The notes beneath the pieces were generated by a model. It did no database searches, had not been told where the DNA came from, and saw only the letters and a list, made by a program, of their open reading frames with translations. A stretch of DNA of 64,000 bases from Methanoregula sp. (GTDB lineage: Archaea > Halobacteriota > Methanomicrobia > Methanomicrobiales > Methanospirillaceae), in assembly GCA_039698055.1 (NCBI GenBank), contig JBDKTL010000030.1:41862-105861 (forward strand). The letters are read 5' to 3'. The translations under genes were made by a program, and so were the position numbers. Positions 1 through 9,887 of this stretch are shown piece by piece. Position 1 is the stretch's first letter. Each line of letters begins with the position of its first letter.

Positions 1-548
1 GCACAATCCACCACTTCGCCAGCGGTGAGATCCCGCGCAATGAGATCGCCGAACCGGGGCCGGGTACCGGCGTTTCCCCCGAAAAAGACGGTCCAGCCGG
101 TCGGGGTTCCCACGATCCCGATATCCCGCGTATGGCTTTCACTGCAACAGCGCGGGCATCCGGATACACCGATCTTAATCTTTGCCGGAAACGTCCGATC
201 CTTGAACTTTTCATCTATTGCGCGGGCAAGCCCGATCGAGTCCTGTTTCCCGTACTTGCACCAGTCAGTGCCAAGGCATGCCTGGACAAACTTGACGCAG
301 GGTGCACTCTCGGGTTTTGCAAGCGGGCCCAAATCATTGATGATGTTCTGCACAGATTCCGGCTCAAGGCCCGCGAACAGAATTCGCTGTCCCGAGGTAA
401 TCTTCAGAACCGGTACATTGTACTTTCTTCCGACTCTGGCAATAGTTTCCAGTTGATCGGGTGTAATAATACCAGCAGGTATCCGGGTAGTGACCGCATA
501 GGTTTTGCCGTCCCGCTGGAGAATTGCTCCTTCTGTGGATTTTGTCAT
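1..548 (-). CDS. Nitrite/sulfite reductase-like ferredoxin + 4Fe-4S/siroheme-domain protein (runs off window start)
   Basis: Manual translation from ATG at 548: MTKSTEGAILQRDGKTYAVTTRIPAGIITPDQL...KITSGQRI...ACLGTDWCKYGKQDS...KIKIGVSGCPRCCSESHTRDIGIVG. CxxxxxC and SGCxxxC motifs of the NIR_SIR family. Absent from the ORF track because it has no stop inside the window. Confidence 0.85.
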   Translation of the reverse strand, partial: MTKSTEGAILQRDGKTYAVTTRIPAGIITPDQLETIARVGRKYNVPVLKITSGQRILFAGLEPESVQNIINDLGPLAKPESAPCVKFVQACLGTDWCKYGKQDSIGLARAIDEKFKDRTFPAKIKIGVSGCPRCCSESHTRDIGIVGTPTGWTVFFGGNAGTRPRFGDLIARDLTAGEVVDC

Positions 549-559
549 ACTCCTCACGA

Positions 560-1420
560 CTATTTGGTTGAGCGTTTTTGATGGGATTTTCTTCCGATCT
601 TGTTTGTGTTTTCCCCTGTTTTCTCCGCACTGCCGGTAATTTCACGCGCTTCTTCAATCATCTGGGAGAACAATCGGTTCTGAACGCAGGTGATGAAGGG
701 GAGCGTGATGATAACCGCCATTCGTTTCCCGTTCTGTGAGTAGATAAGCATTGATTCCCGGTCATCAGCAATAAGAATGCACTCGAGTTTGAAGAGTGCA
801 CCCTCCCGGTGAATAGGAGCTGAGAATATTTTCTCAAAAACAGCCACTCCGAAAAAATCGCGATGGGTCCCGGCTTCAAAGTACCTGATACCCTCCCGTG
901 GAACGATCCCATCCGCACCCCCTTCGGGGAACAGGATTTTTACCGCCCGATCCTTCGCGATGAACGTGACCGGCTCCTGGAATTTGGCCAGAGTCTCCGG
1001 GTTAAAACAGAGAACAATCAGCTCGCTGGTAACGTCTTCAACCAGCATCTCAAGATTCCGCTGGATGGTCCAGTCGGAATGGACATACCAGATCGGTGAA
1101 TAATCCTGCTGGGCGTCCACTGACAGCGCCTCCAGGGTCTTCACACTTTCCGAGGCAGCGGTATCAAGATCTTTTTTCAGGAAGGAGACGACGATATCCG
1201 GGCGGACGGCACGGTACATGAGCGGGCTCCCCTGCCGTATCTCAATGAATCCTTTTTCATCGAGTGCATGGAGAACATCATATACCCGTGGGCGCGGGAC
1301 TCCACTGGCTTCATGGATCCTGCGGACATTGGTTTCACCCAGTCCGACAAGGGCGACATAGATCTTGGCTTCATATTCTTTGAGTCCCAGTCGGGCAAGA
1401 TTTTCAATTGCTGAATCCAT
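560..1420 (-). CDS. TrmB family transcriptional regulator
   Basis: N-terminal LGLKEYEAKIYVAL...SGVPRPRVYDVLHAL..KGFI wHTH signature of TrmB. Confidence 0.9.
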   Translation of the reverse strand: MDSAIENLARLGLKEYEAKIYVALVGLGETNVRRIHEASGVPRPRVYDVLHALDEKGFIEIRQGSPLMYRAVRPDIVVSFLKKDLDTAASESVKTLEALSVDAQQDYSPIWYVHSDWTIQRNLEMLVEDVTSELIVLCFNPETLAKFQEPVTFIAKDRAVKILFPEGGADGIVPREGIRYFEAGTHRDFFGVAVFEKIFSAPIHREGALFKLECILIADDRESMLIYSQNGKRMAVIITLPFITCVQNRLFSQMIEEAREITGSAEKTGENTNKIGRKSHQKRSTK

Positions 1421-1474
1421 TTGTTACTTTGTTAGGGACAACAAAATTAAATAGTTATCTGCCAAGCGTACTGC

Positions 1475-1909
1475 ATGACTCAGACACCGGCAGAGAAAAC
1501 AAATATCGCCATCGTCCGGAAATTTTTCGAAGTGGGACCGTCAAAAGGAGACCTTGCGGCAGCCGGCGCATTGCTCCATCCCGGATTTTCCCTGCACACG
1601 CCATTGCCAACACCTGGGCCCGGGGTTGAGGCAATGAAGAATGTCATCGTGACCTGCCGTGCTGCGTTCCACGATCTGAATGTGACGGTCGATGATATCA
1701 TGGCGGTGGAGGACAGGGTAACTGCCCGCTTCACGGCCCGGGGAATCCATAAGGGAGAATTCATGGGCCTCCCACCCACCGGAAAAGCGATCACGATGAC
1801 CGGCATAGAAATTTTCCGTATAAAGGACGGAAAAATCGTTGAGCTGTGGGGTGAGGTAAACCTGATGGGGCTGATGCAGCAGCTCGGCATTTTGCCGGCC
1901 CCGGCATAA
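1475..1909 (+). CDS. SnoaL-like ester/polyketide cyclase
   Basis: AFHDLNVTVDD..EDRVTARFTARGIHKGEFMGLPPTGKAITMTGIEIFRIKDGKIVELW motif. Confidence 0.9.
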   Translation: MTQTPAEKTNIAIVRKFFEVGPSKGDLAAAGALLHPGFSLHTPLPTPGPGVEAMKNVIVTCRAAFHDLNVTVDDIMAVEDRVTARFTARGIHKGEFMGLPPTGKAITMTGIEIFRIKDGKIVELWGEVNLMGLMQQLGILPAPA

Positions 1910-1938
1910 TCAAGGCGCAATAAAGGAGGAATACTGTC

Positions 1939-2748
1939 ATGGTCTTTGATCAGATTCCAAAAGCTGCAGGCTTTATCTACGCGCTCGTGATGATCTTTGT
2001 TATAGCATATCTCTGGTATTCCGGGCGATGGCAACAGAAGCTTGGCTGGCTGGTCCTCGTTGTTTCTGCGGCACTGGGTTTTCTCATTTTCGCTCCGGTA
2101 GCACCCTGGCAATTCCAGCAGCTTGTGCTGCGGGATGTACAAGGTCTGGGAGCTCCGCTCATTGTCGGCGTCATCGGGCTCACCATTGTATTTGTCCTGA
2201 CGCTGGTTTTAGGGCGATTCTTTTGCGGATATCTTTGCCCGGTTGGCGCTGTACAGGAAATTGCCTATCACGCCCCCATCCCGAAAACCAATCCCCGCCA
2301 AAAGACTGCATTCATGGCAGTAAGAGCAGTCGTCTTTGTCGTGTTTCTTCTCCTGGCATTCTTGCTGTCAGCCTCGTTGCTTGCCTGGTTTGGCATCAGG
2401 GATTTCTTTTACCTTACCCTGACGAGCGGGTCGTTTGTGTTCATCATCGTGGTACTGCTATCCATGACCTTGTACCGCCCGTTCTGCCGCCTTGTCTGCC
2501 CGTACGGGGTACTGTTGTCGCTCGGTGCATGGAAGAGCATTCTCCGGTTACAGAGAACCGATGCCTGTATCAAATGTAAAAAATGTGAGAAGGCGTGCCC
2601 GACCGATGAAGCAAAACGTGATGACGGGAAAGCTGAGTGTTATCTCTGCGGGCGGTGCGTGGATGCCTGCCCGACTACCGGGGCTTTGATCTATAAACGT
2701 CGGAATGCTGATGGGAATAAATGCGTACAGGATCAAAAACACACTTGA
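1939..2748 (+). CDS. Membrane 4Fe-4S protein (NapH/MauN-like)
   Basis: TM helices, GRFFCGYLCPVG and RPFCRLVCPYG motifs, two CxxCxxCxxxCP ferredoxin motifs; GGAGG RBS upstream. Confidence 0.88.
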   Translation: MVFDQIPKAAGFIYALVMIFVIAYLWYSGRWQQKLGWLVLVVSAALGFLIFAPVAPWQFQQLVLRDVQGLGAPLIVGVIGLTIVFVLTLVLGRFFCGYLCPVGAVQEIAYHAPIPKTNPRQKTAFMAVRAVVFVVFLLLAFLLSASLLAWFGIRDFFYLTLTSGSFVFIIVVLLSMTLYRPFCRLVCPYGVLLSLGAWKSILRLQRTDACIKCKKCEKACPTDEAKRDDGKAECYLCGRCVDACPTTGALIYKRRNADGNKCVQDQKHT

Positions 2749-2760
2749 ATGGAGGATAGT

Positions 2761-3126
2761 ATGGTAGAATTCAAATTAGAAAATCCGGATAAGCTTGATA
2801 AGAAGCGGGAAGAACTGAAAGGAAAGGTCATCAATCTTCCGGAGCTTGTGGGCTATGCTGACGGGACGGTCGCAAGCCGGATGATCATCAACAACAAAGC
2901 CGGGAGTATCACCATCTTTTCCTTTGATGAGAATGAAGGGCTCTCCGAGCACACAGCCCCGTATGACGCTGTGGTTACGATCCTTGAAGGGGAGTGTGAG
3001 GTGTGGATTGCCGGTACGACCCTCCAGATGAAAGCGGGCCAGACTATTATCTTTCCGGCAAACGCTCCCCACGCACTCAGCGCCATCACGAAATTCAAGA
3101 TGACGCTGACCATGATCCGGGGGTAA
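2761..3126 (+). CDS. Cupin domain protein
   Basis: FSFDENEGLSEHTAPYDA...GQTIIFPANAPHAL; RBS GGAGGA at 2751 favours the 2761 start. Confidence 0.88.
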   Translation: MVEFKLENPDKLDKKREELKGKVINLPELVGYADGTVASRMIINNKAGSITIFSFDENEGLSEHTAPYDAVVTILEGECEVWIAGTTLQMKAGQTIIFPANAPHALSAITKFKMTLTMIRG

Positions 3127-3130
3127 CTGC

Positions 3131-3421
3131 ATGGGCGGGAATGATCAGGACGGATATTATTGCACCATCTGCGGAGGTATCCCTCCCGACAAAATAAACA
3201 TCAGGCAGATTCCCGTTGACGGCAAAGCGACCGGAATTGACAAGCTGGACTGGATCGTTGCAGAGGTACGGAAACTGAACCTTTCCGATGACTCCGTTAT
3301 CACGGAGGAACTGCTGAAACGGACGAAGGCGCTCAACTACGTTCCCACCCGAAAGGAAAAGGAGTATGGCGAGGCGCTGCTCCTGGAATATAAAAAAACA
3401 GGGAGTGAATCCGGTGCTTGA
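3131..3421 (+). CDS. Small conserved methanogen protein with CxxCGG motif
   Basis: ORF directly follows the cupin gene; YYCTICGG...TGIDKLD...NYVP. Confidence 0.7.
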   Translation: MGGNDQDGYYCTICGGIPPDKINIRQIPVDGKATGIDKLDWIVAEVRKLNLSDDSVITEELLKRTKALNYVPTRKEKEYGEALLLEYKKTGSESGA

Positions 3422-3650
3422 CCATCGTCCGGGTGCTGCGAACATCAGGACCCCGACCCTCTCGATAATGAAGTGCCTCCCGTATGGCAACGGGGTGGAG
3501 GTATTCTCAAACGATGTGAAAGTAGCCTGTGATCACTGTGGCTTTATTGTCTACAACAATTTCCTTTCGTGTGTCCAGTGGTACAAGTACGCGGGGTAGT
3601 GTGTCGGTAAGGAGACGTACCGGAAACTTGTGGAGAGAAAAGAGGGATGA
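3414..3650 (+). pseudogene. Degraded small Zn-ribbon/Cys-rich protein gene with in-frame TAG at 3597-3599
   Basis: Reads MLDHRPGAANIRTPTLSIMKCLPYGNGVEVFSNDVKVACDHCGFIVYNNFLSCVQWYKYAG*CVGKETYRKLVERKEG. Family-like sequence continues past the TAG, and several expected Cys appear replaced. Confidence 0.6.
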
Positions 3651-3733
3651 TGGAACGACTATCGCCAGATGATACGTTTCCTGACCCTGATGCTGAACGC
3701 AAAGGTAAAGATACCAGAAAGTGAGGATGAAGT

Positions 3734-4285
3734 ATGCCGCCACATTGTGATACCAGGGACGGCCCGGTTGTCAAAGCAGCGAAAAAAGCACTGGAGACCG
3801 GGAATCTCAATTACGTACTGATCTGGATTCCAAAAGAATCTGAAAAGGAACTGAAAGATGTGTTTGCACGCACCCTGCGTGCAAGAAAAGCCGGAAAGGA
3901 TGCGCAGGAAGTTGCTGATGATTGGTTCTTCGAAAATACCATCCGGCTCCACCGCGCCGGTGAGGGCGCCGCTTATACGGGTATGAAACCCGCCGGCCTC
4001 AGTGAAGGTCCGGTTGTACCAAGAGCGGAGAAAGCTATCGAGACTGAGGATCCCAAAGAATCGATCGGGTTTATCCTCAAGACGGTCGAAGACGATCTCA
4101 CCCATCGCTTCCATCACGTCATGACAAAGAAAAAATATGACGTGAACGATGTGGCTGCCGGCCGGGAATACATAGAAGCGTTCATCGGCTGGGTTGTCTA
4201 TTCCCATCACCTGTACGTGAATGTCACGAGCGGGGACAGCCATGGAGAACAATCTGCAAAGAATGGTGGCTGCGGCCACCATTGA
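3734..4285 (+). CDS. DUF6448-like conserved protein
   Basis: HCDTRDGPVVKAA...FFENTIRLHRAGEGAAYTGMKPAG pattern. Confidence 0.75.
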   Translation: MPPHCDTRDGPVVKAAKKALETGNLNYVLIWIPKESEKELKDVFARTLRARKAGKDAQEVADDWFFENTIRLHRAGEGAAYTGMKPAGLSEGPVVPRAEKAIETEDPKESIGFILKTVEDDLTHRFHHVMTKKKYDVNDVAAGREYIEAFIGWVVYSHHLYVNVTSGDSHGEQSAKNGGCGHH

Positions 4286-4307
4286 ATTTTTCTGGAGTTG
4301 CAATACC

Positions 4308-5807
4308 ATGCAGGAAGTAATCAAAAAGATGATCACGGAAGCGATGGCTGCCCAGCACGCCGATGTGAACCAGGTAAAAAAGAAACGCGGGGAGAAATTT
4401 GTCATTGACGATACGAAAGCGTATGTCGATGCGGTCAAGGTTATGAAACCCGCCGGGGGCCAGAGCAAAGCGGTCTTTGGCCTGCACACCGACTCGGTCA
4501 ATGCCCATTACACCATTCTGAAGGGCCTGACGAACACGATCCGTCCTGAGGACGACCCCTTTGTCGAGCACTACCAGACCCCGGTCATCATGGAGATGCT
4601 CTACGACGCCGATCCAAAGTTCCGGAAGAGCGTGGATGTATTCATCAAGGCTGTTGGGAAAGCCGAAGCCCTGATTGGCAAAGAGTCTGCCCGCCGGTAC
4701 GCGGGTTTCTACGGCCCAACCTGTGTCGTGGACTTTGCCCTTATCCCGGGCAGCAGCAGCAATATCGTCAACCAGATCCTGAAATCCACGGATATCCCGG
4801 TTCCTCACAAGCAGACAATCCTCGCCGCAAAGTCCTGGGCCATGAACACCTCGTACGGTATCGGGGATGTCTTTGCCCACGCGGTTGAAGGGGGAGCAAC
4901 CCTGGCGGATGCAGTTAAGAAAGAGGTTGCCATGGTCCAGTCCATCTACGACACGCCGGTCGATGCCCAGGCAAAACTCATGGACAGTGTAGGCCAGAAT
5001 TCGTTTGACTGCCGGAAGTACATGAAAGAGTACCGCACGAAGATGAAGGGAGCCGTCAGTGCCTCGCTTGATGAAGGGGTCCATTATGGGAACATCGTGA
5101 CCGTGCCAGCCTATTGCGTCGGGGACATCGCCCACCACATCTCCCAGTCCACGTACAACATGTGCAAGGACGACGTGATCATGGCCGTCATCGAGGCCGT
5201 TACCGAAGTTATGGACAAGACTCTGCACGCGGCAGCCCCGAAGATGAAGACCGAGAACGAGGTGCTCTCGGTAGCGACCGGGTCCTCGGCCGCGGCTGCG
5301 GAATATATTCTCGAACTTGACGGATTCAACGCGATCATGGTCGTGGATATGCTGACGAAACGCTACCACAATTATGTCCAGCTGTACCCGAAGCGGAGTG
5401 CAGCCATCGAACTCCACAACTGCGATTTCATGGACATGATCTACCGGGGCTGGAAGATGGTGGACAAGGCCCGGAGAATGCAGAGCAGCGAACCCGGCCT
5501 GGTGACGCCAAAAGTAGCCGGGTTCAATGTCGATCTCTCGCCCATCCTGAAGAACGAGGTGCTCGCAAACCCGCAACGGTACGCCTACCCGGCCTGTGCT
5601 ATGACCGTCCGGTTCTCGGCGATGATGCGCCTCTCCGACTACCCGTGCCTGCTGACGAGCGAGCCGGTCACGGCAACCCTGATGACCAACATCATCGCAC
5701 TCCACAAAGAGGTTGCAGCAGCCCCGGCACGGATCTGCAAGGACTGTGCATCGGCTGCCCTGATGGATTTCCGGCACTGCTCCTGCCAGTGGAAGGAAGC
5801 GGTCTAA
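4308..5807 (+). CDS. DUF2193 family methanogen protein
   Basis: IRPEDDPFVEHYQTP, GFYGPTCVVDFALIPG, C-terminal CKDC...CQW; GGAG RBS before ATG 4308. Confidence 0.8.
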   Translation: MQEVIKKMITEAMAAQHADVNQVKKKRGEKFVIDDTKAYVDAVKVMKPAGGQSKAVFGLHTDSVNAHYTILKGLTNTIRPEDDPFVEHYQTPVIMEMLYDADPKFRKSVDVFIKAVGKAEALIGKESARRYAGFYGPTCVVDFALIPGSSSNIVNQILKSTDIPVPHKQTILAAKSWAMNTSYGIGDVFAHAVEGGATLADAVKKEVAMVQSIYDTPVDAQAKLMDSVGQNSFDCRKYMKEYRTKMKGAVSASLDEGVHYGNIVTVPAYCVGDIAHHISQSTYNMCKDDVIMAVIEAVTEVMDKTLHAAAPKMKTENEVLSVATGSSAAAAEYILELDGFNAIMVVDMLTKRYHNYVQLYPKRSAAIELHNCDFMDMIYRGWKMVDKARRMQSSEPGLVTPKVAGFNVDLSPILKNEVLANPQRYAYPACAMTVRFSAMMRLSDYPCLLTSEPVTATLMTNIIALHKEVAAAPARICKDCASAALMDFRHCSCQWKEAV

Positions 5808-5832
5808 TAGCGGGACAGGGAAGTGAGCAATC

Positions 5833-6045
5833 ATGAAATGTTACGTGTGTGCAAAGGAAGGAAAAGACAGTGATGCCGTTGCTGTCTGCGTCGCCTGCGG
5901 CATGGGGACCTGTATGAAACATACGATCCGGAAAGAGGTCGATGTCTGGGAAGGCGGATACCCGCTTCCCTCCCGGAAACTGCCAAAGAAGATGCCACGG
6001 ATGCTCTGCCCGGACTGCAATGCAGCATACGGGGAGGGAAAGTGA
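5833..6045 (+). CDS. DUF2180 family Zn-finger protein
   Basis: MKCYVC...AVAVCVACGMGTCMKH...LCPDC. Confidence 0.8.
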   Translation: MKCYVCAKEGKDSDAVAVCVACGMGTCMKHTIRKEVDVWEGGYPLPSRKLPKKMPRMLCPDCNAAYGEGK

Positions 6046-6785
6046 TGGCATCACTTTCCAGCCGGAGCATTGCTGAAGGTGTAGGGACGGCACTCCTCGT
6101 GTACTTCGGTGCCGGGGCAGCAGCTATCACGCTGATGATTGCGGCCGGGACAAAACCGGCAACACCATTCAACATCGGGATCGGCCAGCTCGGCGGGCTC
6201 GGTGACTGGTTTGCGATCGGTATCACCTTTGGTATTGTTATCGCTGCCGTCATCTACTCGCTCGGCCGGGTCTCGGGGGCCCACATCAACCCGGCCGTGA
6301 CCATTGCGCTCTGCGCAACGAAACGGTTCCCGGCCGGAGATGCGGTTGCGTATATTGTTGCCCAGTGCATTGGTGCCGCGATCGGGAGCCTGTTCTTCTT
6401 CCTGACCGTGGGAATGGATGCAGTTACGATTGGCGGGCTCGGGGCAACGGCACCGTTTCCCGGGATCGGGTACAGCCAGGCGATCCTTGTCGAGGCAATA
6501 GCAACCTTCGTGCTGATGCTTGTCATCATGGGAGTCGCCGTGGACGAACGTGCCCCGCAGGGATTTGCCGGGCTCATCATCGGTCTGACCGTGGCCGGTA
6601 TGATCACGATGGCCGGTAACCTCTCCGGCGCATCGCTCAACCCGGCCCGCACGTTTGGGCCGTACGTGATGGACTTCCTGCTCGGTGGTTCGAACCTCTG
6701 GATATTCTTCCCGATCTATATTGTGGGGCCGATTATCGGGGCAGTCTGTGCTGCATTTTTCTATGACCGGATAACCGCGGAGTAA
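6045..6785 (+). CDS. aqpM: MIP channel protein (AqpM-like aquaporin)
   Basis: SGAHINPAVT and GASLNPARTFGP (two NPA motifs), six TM segments. Confidence 0.92.
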   Translation: MASLSSRSIAEGVGTALLVYFGAGAAAITLMIAAGTKPATPFNIGIGQLGGLGDWFAIGITFGIVIAAVIYSLGRVSGAHINPAVTIALCATKRFPAGDAVAYIVAQCIGAAIGSLFFFLTVGMDAVTIGGLGATAPFPGIGYSQAILVEAIATFVLMLVIMGVAVDERAPQGFAGLIIGLTVAGMITMAGNLSGASLNPARTFGPYVMDFLLGGSNLWIFFPIYIVGPIIGAVCAAFFYDRITAE

Positions 6786-6919
6786 AACAATCCAATCCTT
6801 TTTCCGGAATCGATCTGGTTGACGGGATTCTTTTTTAACGGATTTTTGAAGATCCGCCCAGCACCTCATGAAAAACCATACCGTACATCATCTGACGGAT
6901 TGATCATCGGGAGATGTGC

Positions 6920-7963
6920 CTAATCGATCCCCTGCCGGTATATCTTCTCCTTTTTTCCCCGCCGCTGTTTCACCCGTTCCACTCCGCTGGATATCAGCGC
7001 GGAGATGACGATGGGCAGGGCAATGGTTGCATCGACATGTACCTGTACCTGCAGGCTCGTTGCCGATTCCTTACCCCAGCTGATCGCTTCTTCAAAAGTA
7101 CAGCCGGAAAGCCCGCCCCACTGGGGGGAATCCGTTGTGTACTGGATAGCATATGCATGCCCGCCAAGGTCCTTCTCGTGGATCGATCCAATCACCTGCG
7201 TCTGCTGAATGAAGTTCTTGGGCACCCCGCCACCCACATAGATGACACCGGATTTCTTTGCTTCCTCTACCCGCGCCGTGATCTCGTCAGCATCGGCGAT
7301 CTGGTCGATATCGATATCAAATCCCCGGCGTCGTGCAATAAGAAGCCCGATACCGATCGACGAATCGGCCAGTGCCGGGATAAAGATCGGTACCTTCTCC
7401 TTCGCGCAGACCGAAGTGAGCGATTCATACTCCGGCCTTTTCCTCCCCAGCCATTCTCCCCATAACCGGGTGAACTCCCGCGAAGAACCCCGGAACGGCG
7501 CGATCGATTCAGACCATGCGGCTATCGCGCGGTCAACGGTCCGGAACTCCTCCTCGAACGCAAAGACATCGTAGATGCGGTCGATGCCTTTCCGGTAGAG
7601 CTCGCGGTCGTCAGCGGTATGGTGGCCACGGTAATGGCGGATGCCGAGATGCTCGCAGGAATCGTGAAATATGTTCGCACCCGTTGATACAATCACATCA
7701 ACAAAATGCCGTTGTACCATCTCGACAAGACACCGCTGCATACCTGCTGGTATCATCGCACCCGAGAGCCCGAAGAAGATCGTACACTCAGGATCGGCAA
7801 GCATACGGCGCCATACCTCCACCGATTCCCCCAGTTTGCGCCCCTGGAAGCCGGTCCGGGCCATACCGGACAGGAGGGATGCAACGTTATCTGATGGGCA
7901 GACGGGTGAGATTGTTTTCATCGGGTGTTTTTTTGTCATTTCCCCAACGGCTTTTATACTCAT
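6920..7963 (-). CDS. dys: Deoxyhypusine synthase family protein
   Basis: TGFQG, GLSGAMIPAG, GGGVPKNFIQQ, GGLSGCTFEEAISWGK (active-site Lys retained), DATIALP. Start uncertain (7939/7963/7969). Confidence 0.88.
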   Translation of the reverse strand: MSIKAVGEMTKKHPMKTISPVCPSDNVASLLSGMARTGFQGRKLGESVEVWRRMLADPECTIFFGLSGAMIPAGMQRCLVEMVQRHFVDVIVSTGANIFHDSCEHLGIRHYRGHHTADDRELYRKGIDRIYDVFAFEEEFRTVDRAIAAWSESIAPFRGSSREFTRLWGEWLGRKRPEYESLTSVCAKEKVPIFIPALADSSIGIGLLIARRRGFDIDIDQIADADEITARVEEAKKSGVIYVGGGVPKNFIQQTQVIGSIHEKDLGGHAYAIQYTTDSPQWGGLSGCTFEEAISWGKESATSLQVQVHVDATIALPIVISALISSGVERVKQRRGKKEKIYRQGID

Positions 7964-8514
7964 CCGCATCCCAGGAACCCGCGGATACTCCGGCTTGTGC
8001 GGCCGCCAAAATAGATATCCCGCTCACTCATGGTAGATACCTCTTCGATAGTGAAATGGACCTTCGGGTGTTCCCTCTTGAGCATCTCCAACAACCGTTT
8101 CAGTTCAGTACGGGGTACAATACTGATCAGGACCGCAACTGCCGGTACGAACTGGCCCGACCCGTTGATCCGCGTTGTCCCGAACCCCATCGTCCCCATA
8201 CGGCTGATCAGCGGTTCAGGATCCTCAGTACAGAAAATCCGGATAACGGCCGTGCCGAGGCCGATCCACGATTCTATCGTCATCCCCAAAAGTGTACCAA
8301 TCCCGTATCCTAGCATGTATGCAAGGATCCCGGGGATATTGTCAAGATTCGTCAGTACGAGCCCGGTTGAGACGATCCAGACGCCGATCTTCAGCGTCCC
8401 GATACCCGAAGCGAGGTATTTGTGGCCTTTTGTTACATAGACAAGACGGATCGTCTCCATGGTGGTCTCGACAATCCGTGCAACAAGGATGATAAGCGGT
8501 AAGACAAGATCCAT
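7960..8514 (-). CDS. DUF2179/DUF5698 membrane protein (paralogue 1)
   Basis: PLIILVARIVETTMETIRLVYVTKG...YMLGYGIGTLLGMTIE. Confidence 0.8.
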   Translation of the reverse strand: MDLVLPLIILVARIVETTMETIRLVYVTKGHKYLASGIGTLKIGVWIVSTGLVLTNLDNIPGILAYMLGYGIGTLLGMTIESWIGLGTAVIRIFCTEDPEPLISRMGTMGFGTTRINGSGQFVPAVAVLISIVPRTELKRLLEMLKREHPKVHFTIEEVSTMSERDIYFGGRTSRSIRGFLGCG

Positions 8515-8958
8515 TACGCATCCATAACCTGTGACCGCAGCTGACGTACGGTAATCTAGGCGTATCAGATTGCGGGTATGTATGCTTTGTGGGGTACTGA
8601 AAAAACATCCGTGCAATGGATCCCTGCGATAATGCAGACGGTGTCAGCTATATTTCCAGATCATCGTGGAGCAGATCAAAAGCCGGTTTGTTGCGGAAAA
8701 TATACCGGTACAGGATCCTCTTCAGTGCGAAGAACCAGTCTTTCCACACACGCGTACACATTCTGTTAAATGGCGAAGTTGCCGCCCCAGGCCAGAGCAT
8801 TCATCAGAGGGTCTTCCCATGAGGGATTGACACCGGATGAAATGGTGAGATTACTGAAATCATACCGGGCCAATAGCCTGCAATTCCCGCACCCTGCTAT
8901 CCTGATTGCTGTGTTCAGGATCTCGTAAAAAAAATGGTGCGGGATATCCGGATCCCGG

Positions 8959-9150
8959 CTATCGGCCGGAGCCACTTTGCAATCCTGATATTCCGGCATT
9001 ATTCCACGATTTGCTCTCTTTTTCCTTCATCCAGCATTCATAGTGGTAGATCCTGTTGTCTGTCCAGACCGTATCTTCGTAAATGTGCAGCAGTTGTCCG
9101 CACCGGTGACAGACCTTACGTATCCATGTTATAGGGATAATTTTCTTCAT
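8959..9150 (-). CDS. Small protein with LIM-like C-x2-C-x18-H-x2-C Zn finger
   Basis: VCHRCGQLLHIYEDTVWTDNRIYHYECW; GGTGA RBS; co-oriented with neighbours. Confidence 0.55.
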   Translation of the reverse strand: MKKIIPITWIRKVCHRCGQLLHIYEDTVWTDNRIYHYECWMKEKESKSWNNAGISGLQSGSGR

Positions 9151-9171
9151 CATCATCACCGATTTTCCGCT

Positions 9172-9510
9172 CTAATGCACCGGATAAAGATTTTTCAATC
9201 GTGTGTATTCATGGATTACACAATCCGGAGTAGTGCACCTCCAGAGTTTTCTCTCACCGGGTCCTGCAATCAGGACCATCGGCTTGCGACATTCACAGCA
9301 GAAGACCTTTCTCATGGATTCCTTCAGGGTATTTCCCTCGCGCTGGATTATATCGAAAAGACAGGCGATTCCCAGCCTGTCAGGCAAAGGAATGATTGCA
9401 GGACATCCGATACAATCGCATGCATCAGCACAATCCGGCCTGGCCTTGGCTGCGAGCGTTCTGATATCTTGAACTGCAAGGTAGATCTTCTCCATTTTTT
9501 TATCGCTCAT
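9172..9510 (-). CDS. Hypothetical Cys-rich Zn-binding protein
   Basis: CADACDCIGCP, CCECRKPM, WRCTTPDC; GGAGG RBS before ATG 9510. Confidence 0.6.
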   Translation of the reverse strand: MSDKKMEKIYLAVQDIRTLAAKARPDCADACDCIGCPAIIPLPDRLGIACLFDIIQREGNTLKESMRKVFCCECRKPMVLIAGPGERKLWRCTTPDCVIHEYTRLKNLYPVH

Positions 9511-9619
9511 CAAATCCTCCATCTGACGAAATTTCAGATACCATTTCCAATTCCTGTGTTTTTCATTCAACCGGGAACATCGGATCCGCCATCACCATAG
9601 CCGATGAAAACCATCATTA

Positions 9620-9715
9620 TTAGAACAACGATCCGGCCATAATCATGACGAGAATCCAGATAATCAGGAGAGCCACAAGCCCCCAGAATACCTGATCCAC
9701 CGTATAATATTCCAA
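9620..9715 (-). CDS. 31-aa single-TM small protein (not in ORF track)
   Basis: TTG start after GGTGA RBS; MEYYTVDQVFWGLVALLIIWILVMIMAGSLF*. Confidence 0.45.
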   Translation of the reverse strand: MEYYTVDQVFWGLVALLIIWILVMIMAGSLF

Positions 9716-9887
9716 GCCTGGTCACCTGCCATTATTACCCTGTTTTCATTCTCCGGTACGGGTTTCATTATATGTCCCGGAGGATACCCGGAACCGACCG
9801 CGTTGTCCAGTCCTTTCACCTGAATCCAGAAATTGATGAGACCGGTTTTTCCTGACCGGTCATCGTATTTTTTTTAATCAATGCGCA

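Noticed and set aside
4224-5834. 536-aa antisense ORF, and similar long shadow ORFs over polC, atpA/B, dys and rep
   Set aside because: Antisense to well-supported genes; expected from GC-rich codon bias; no motifs.
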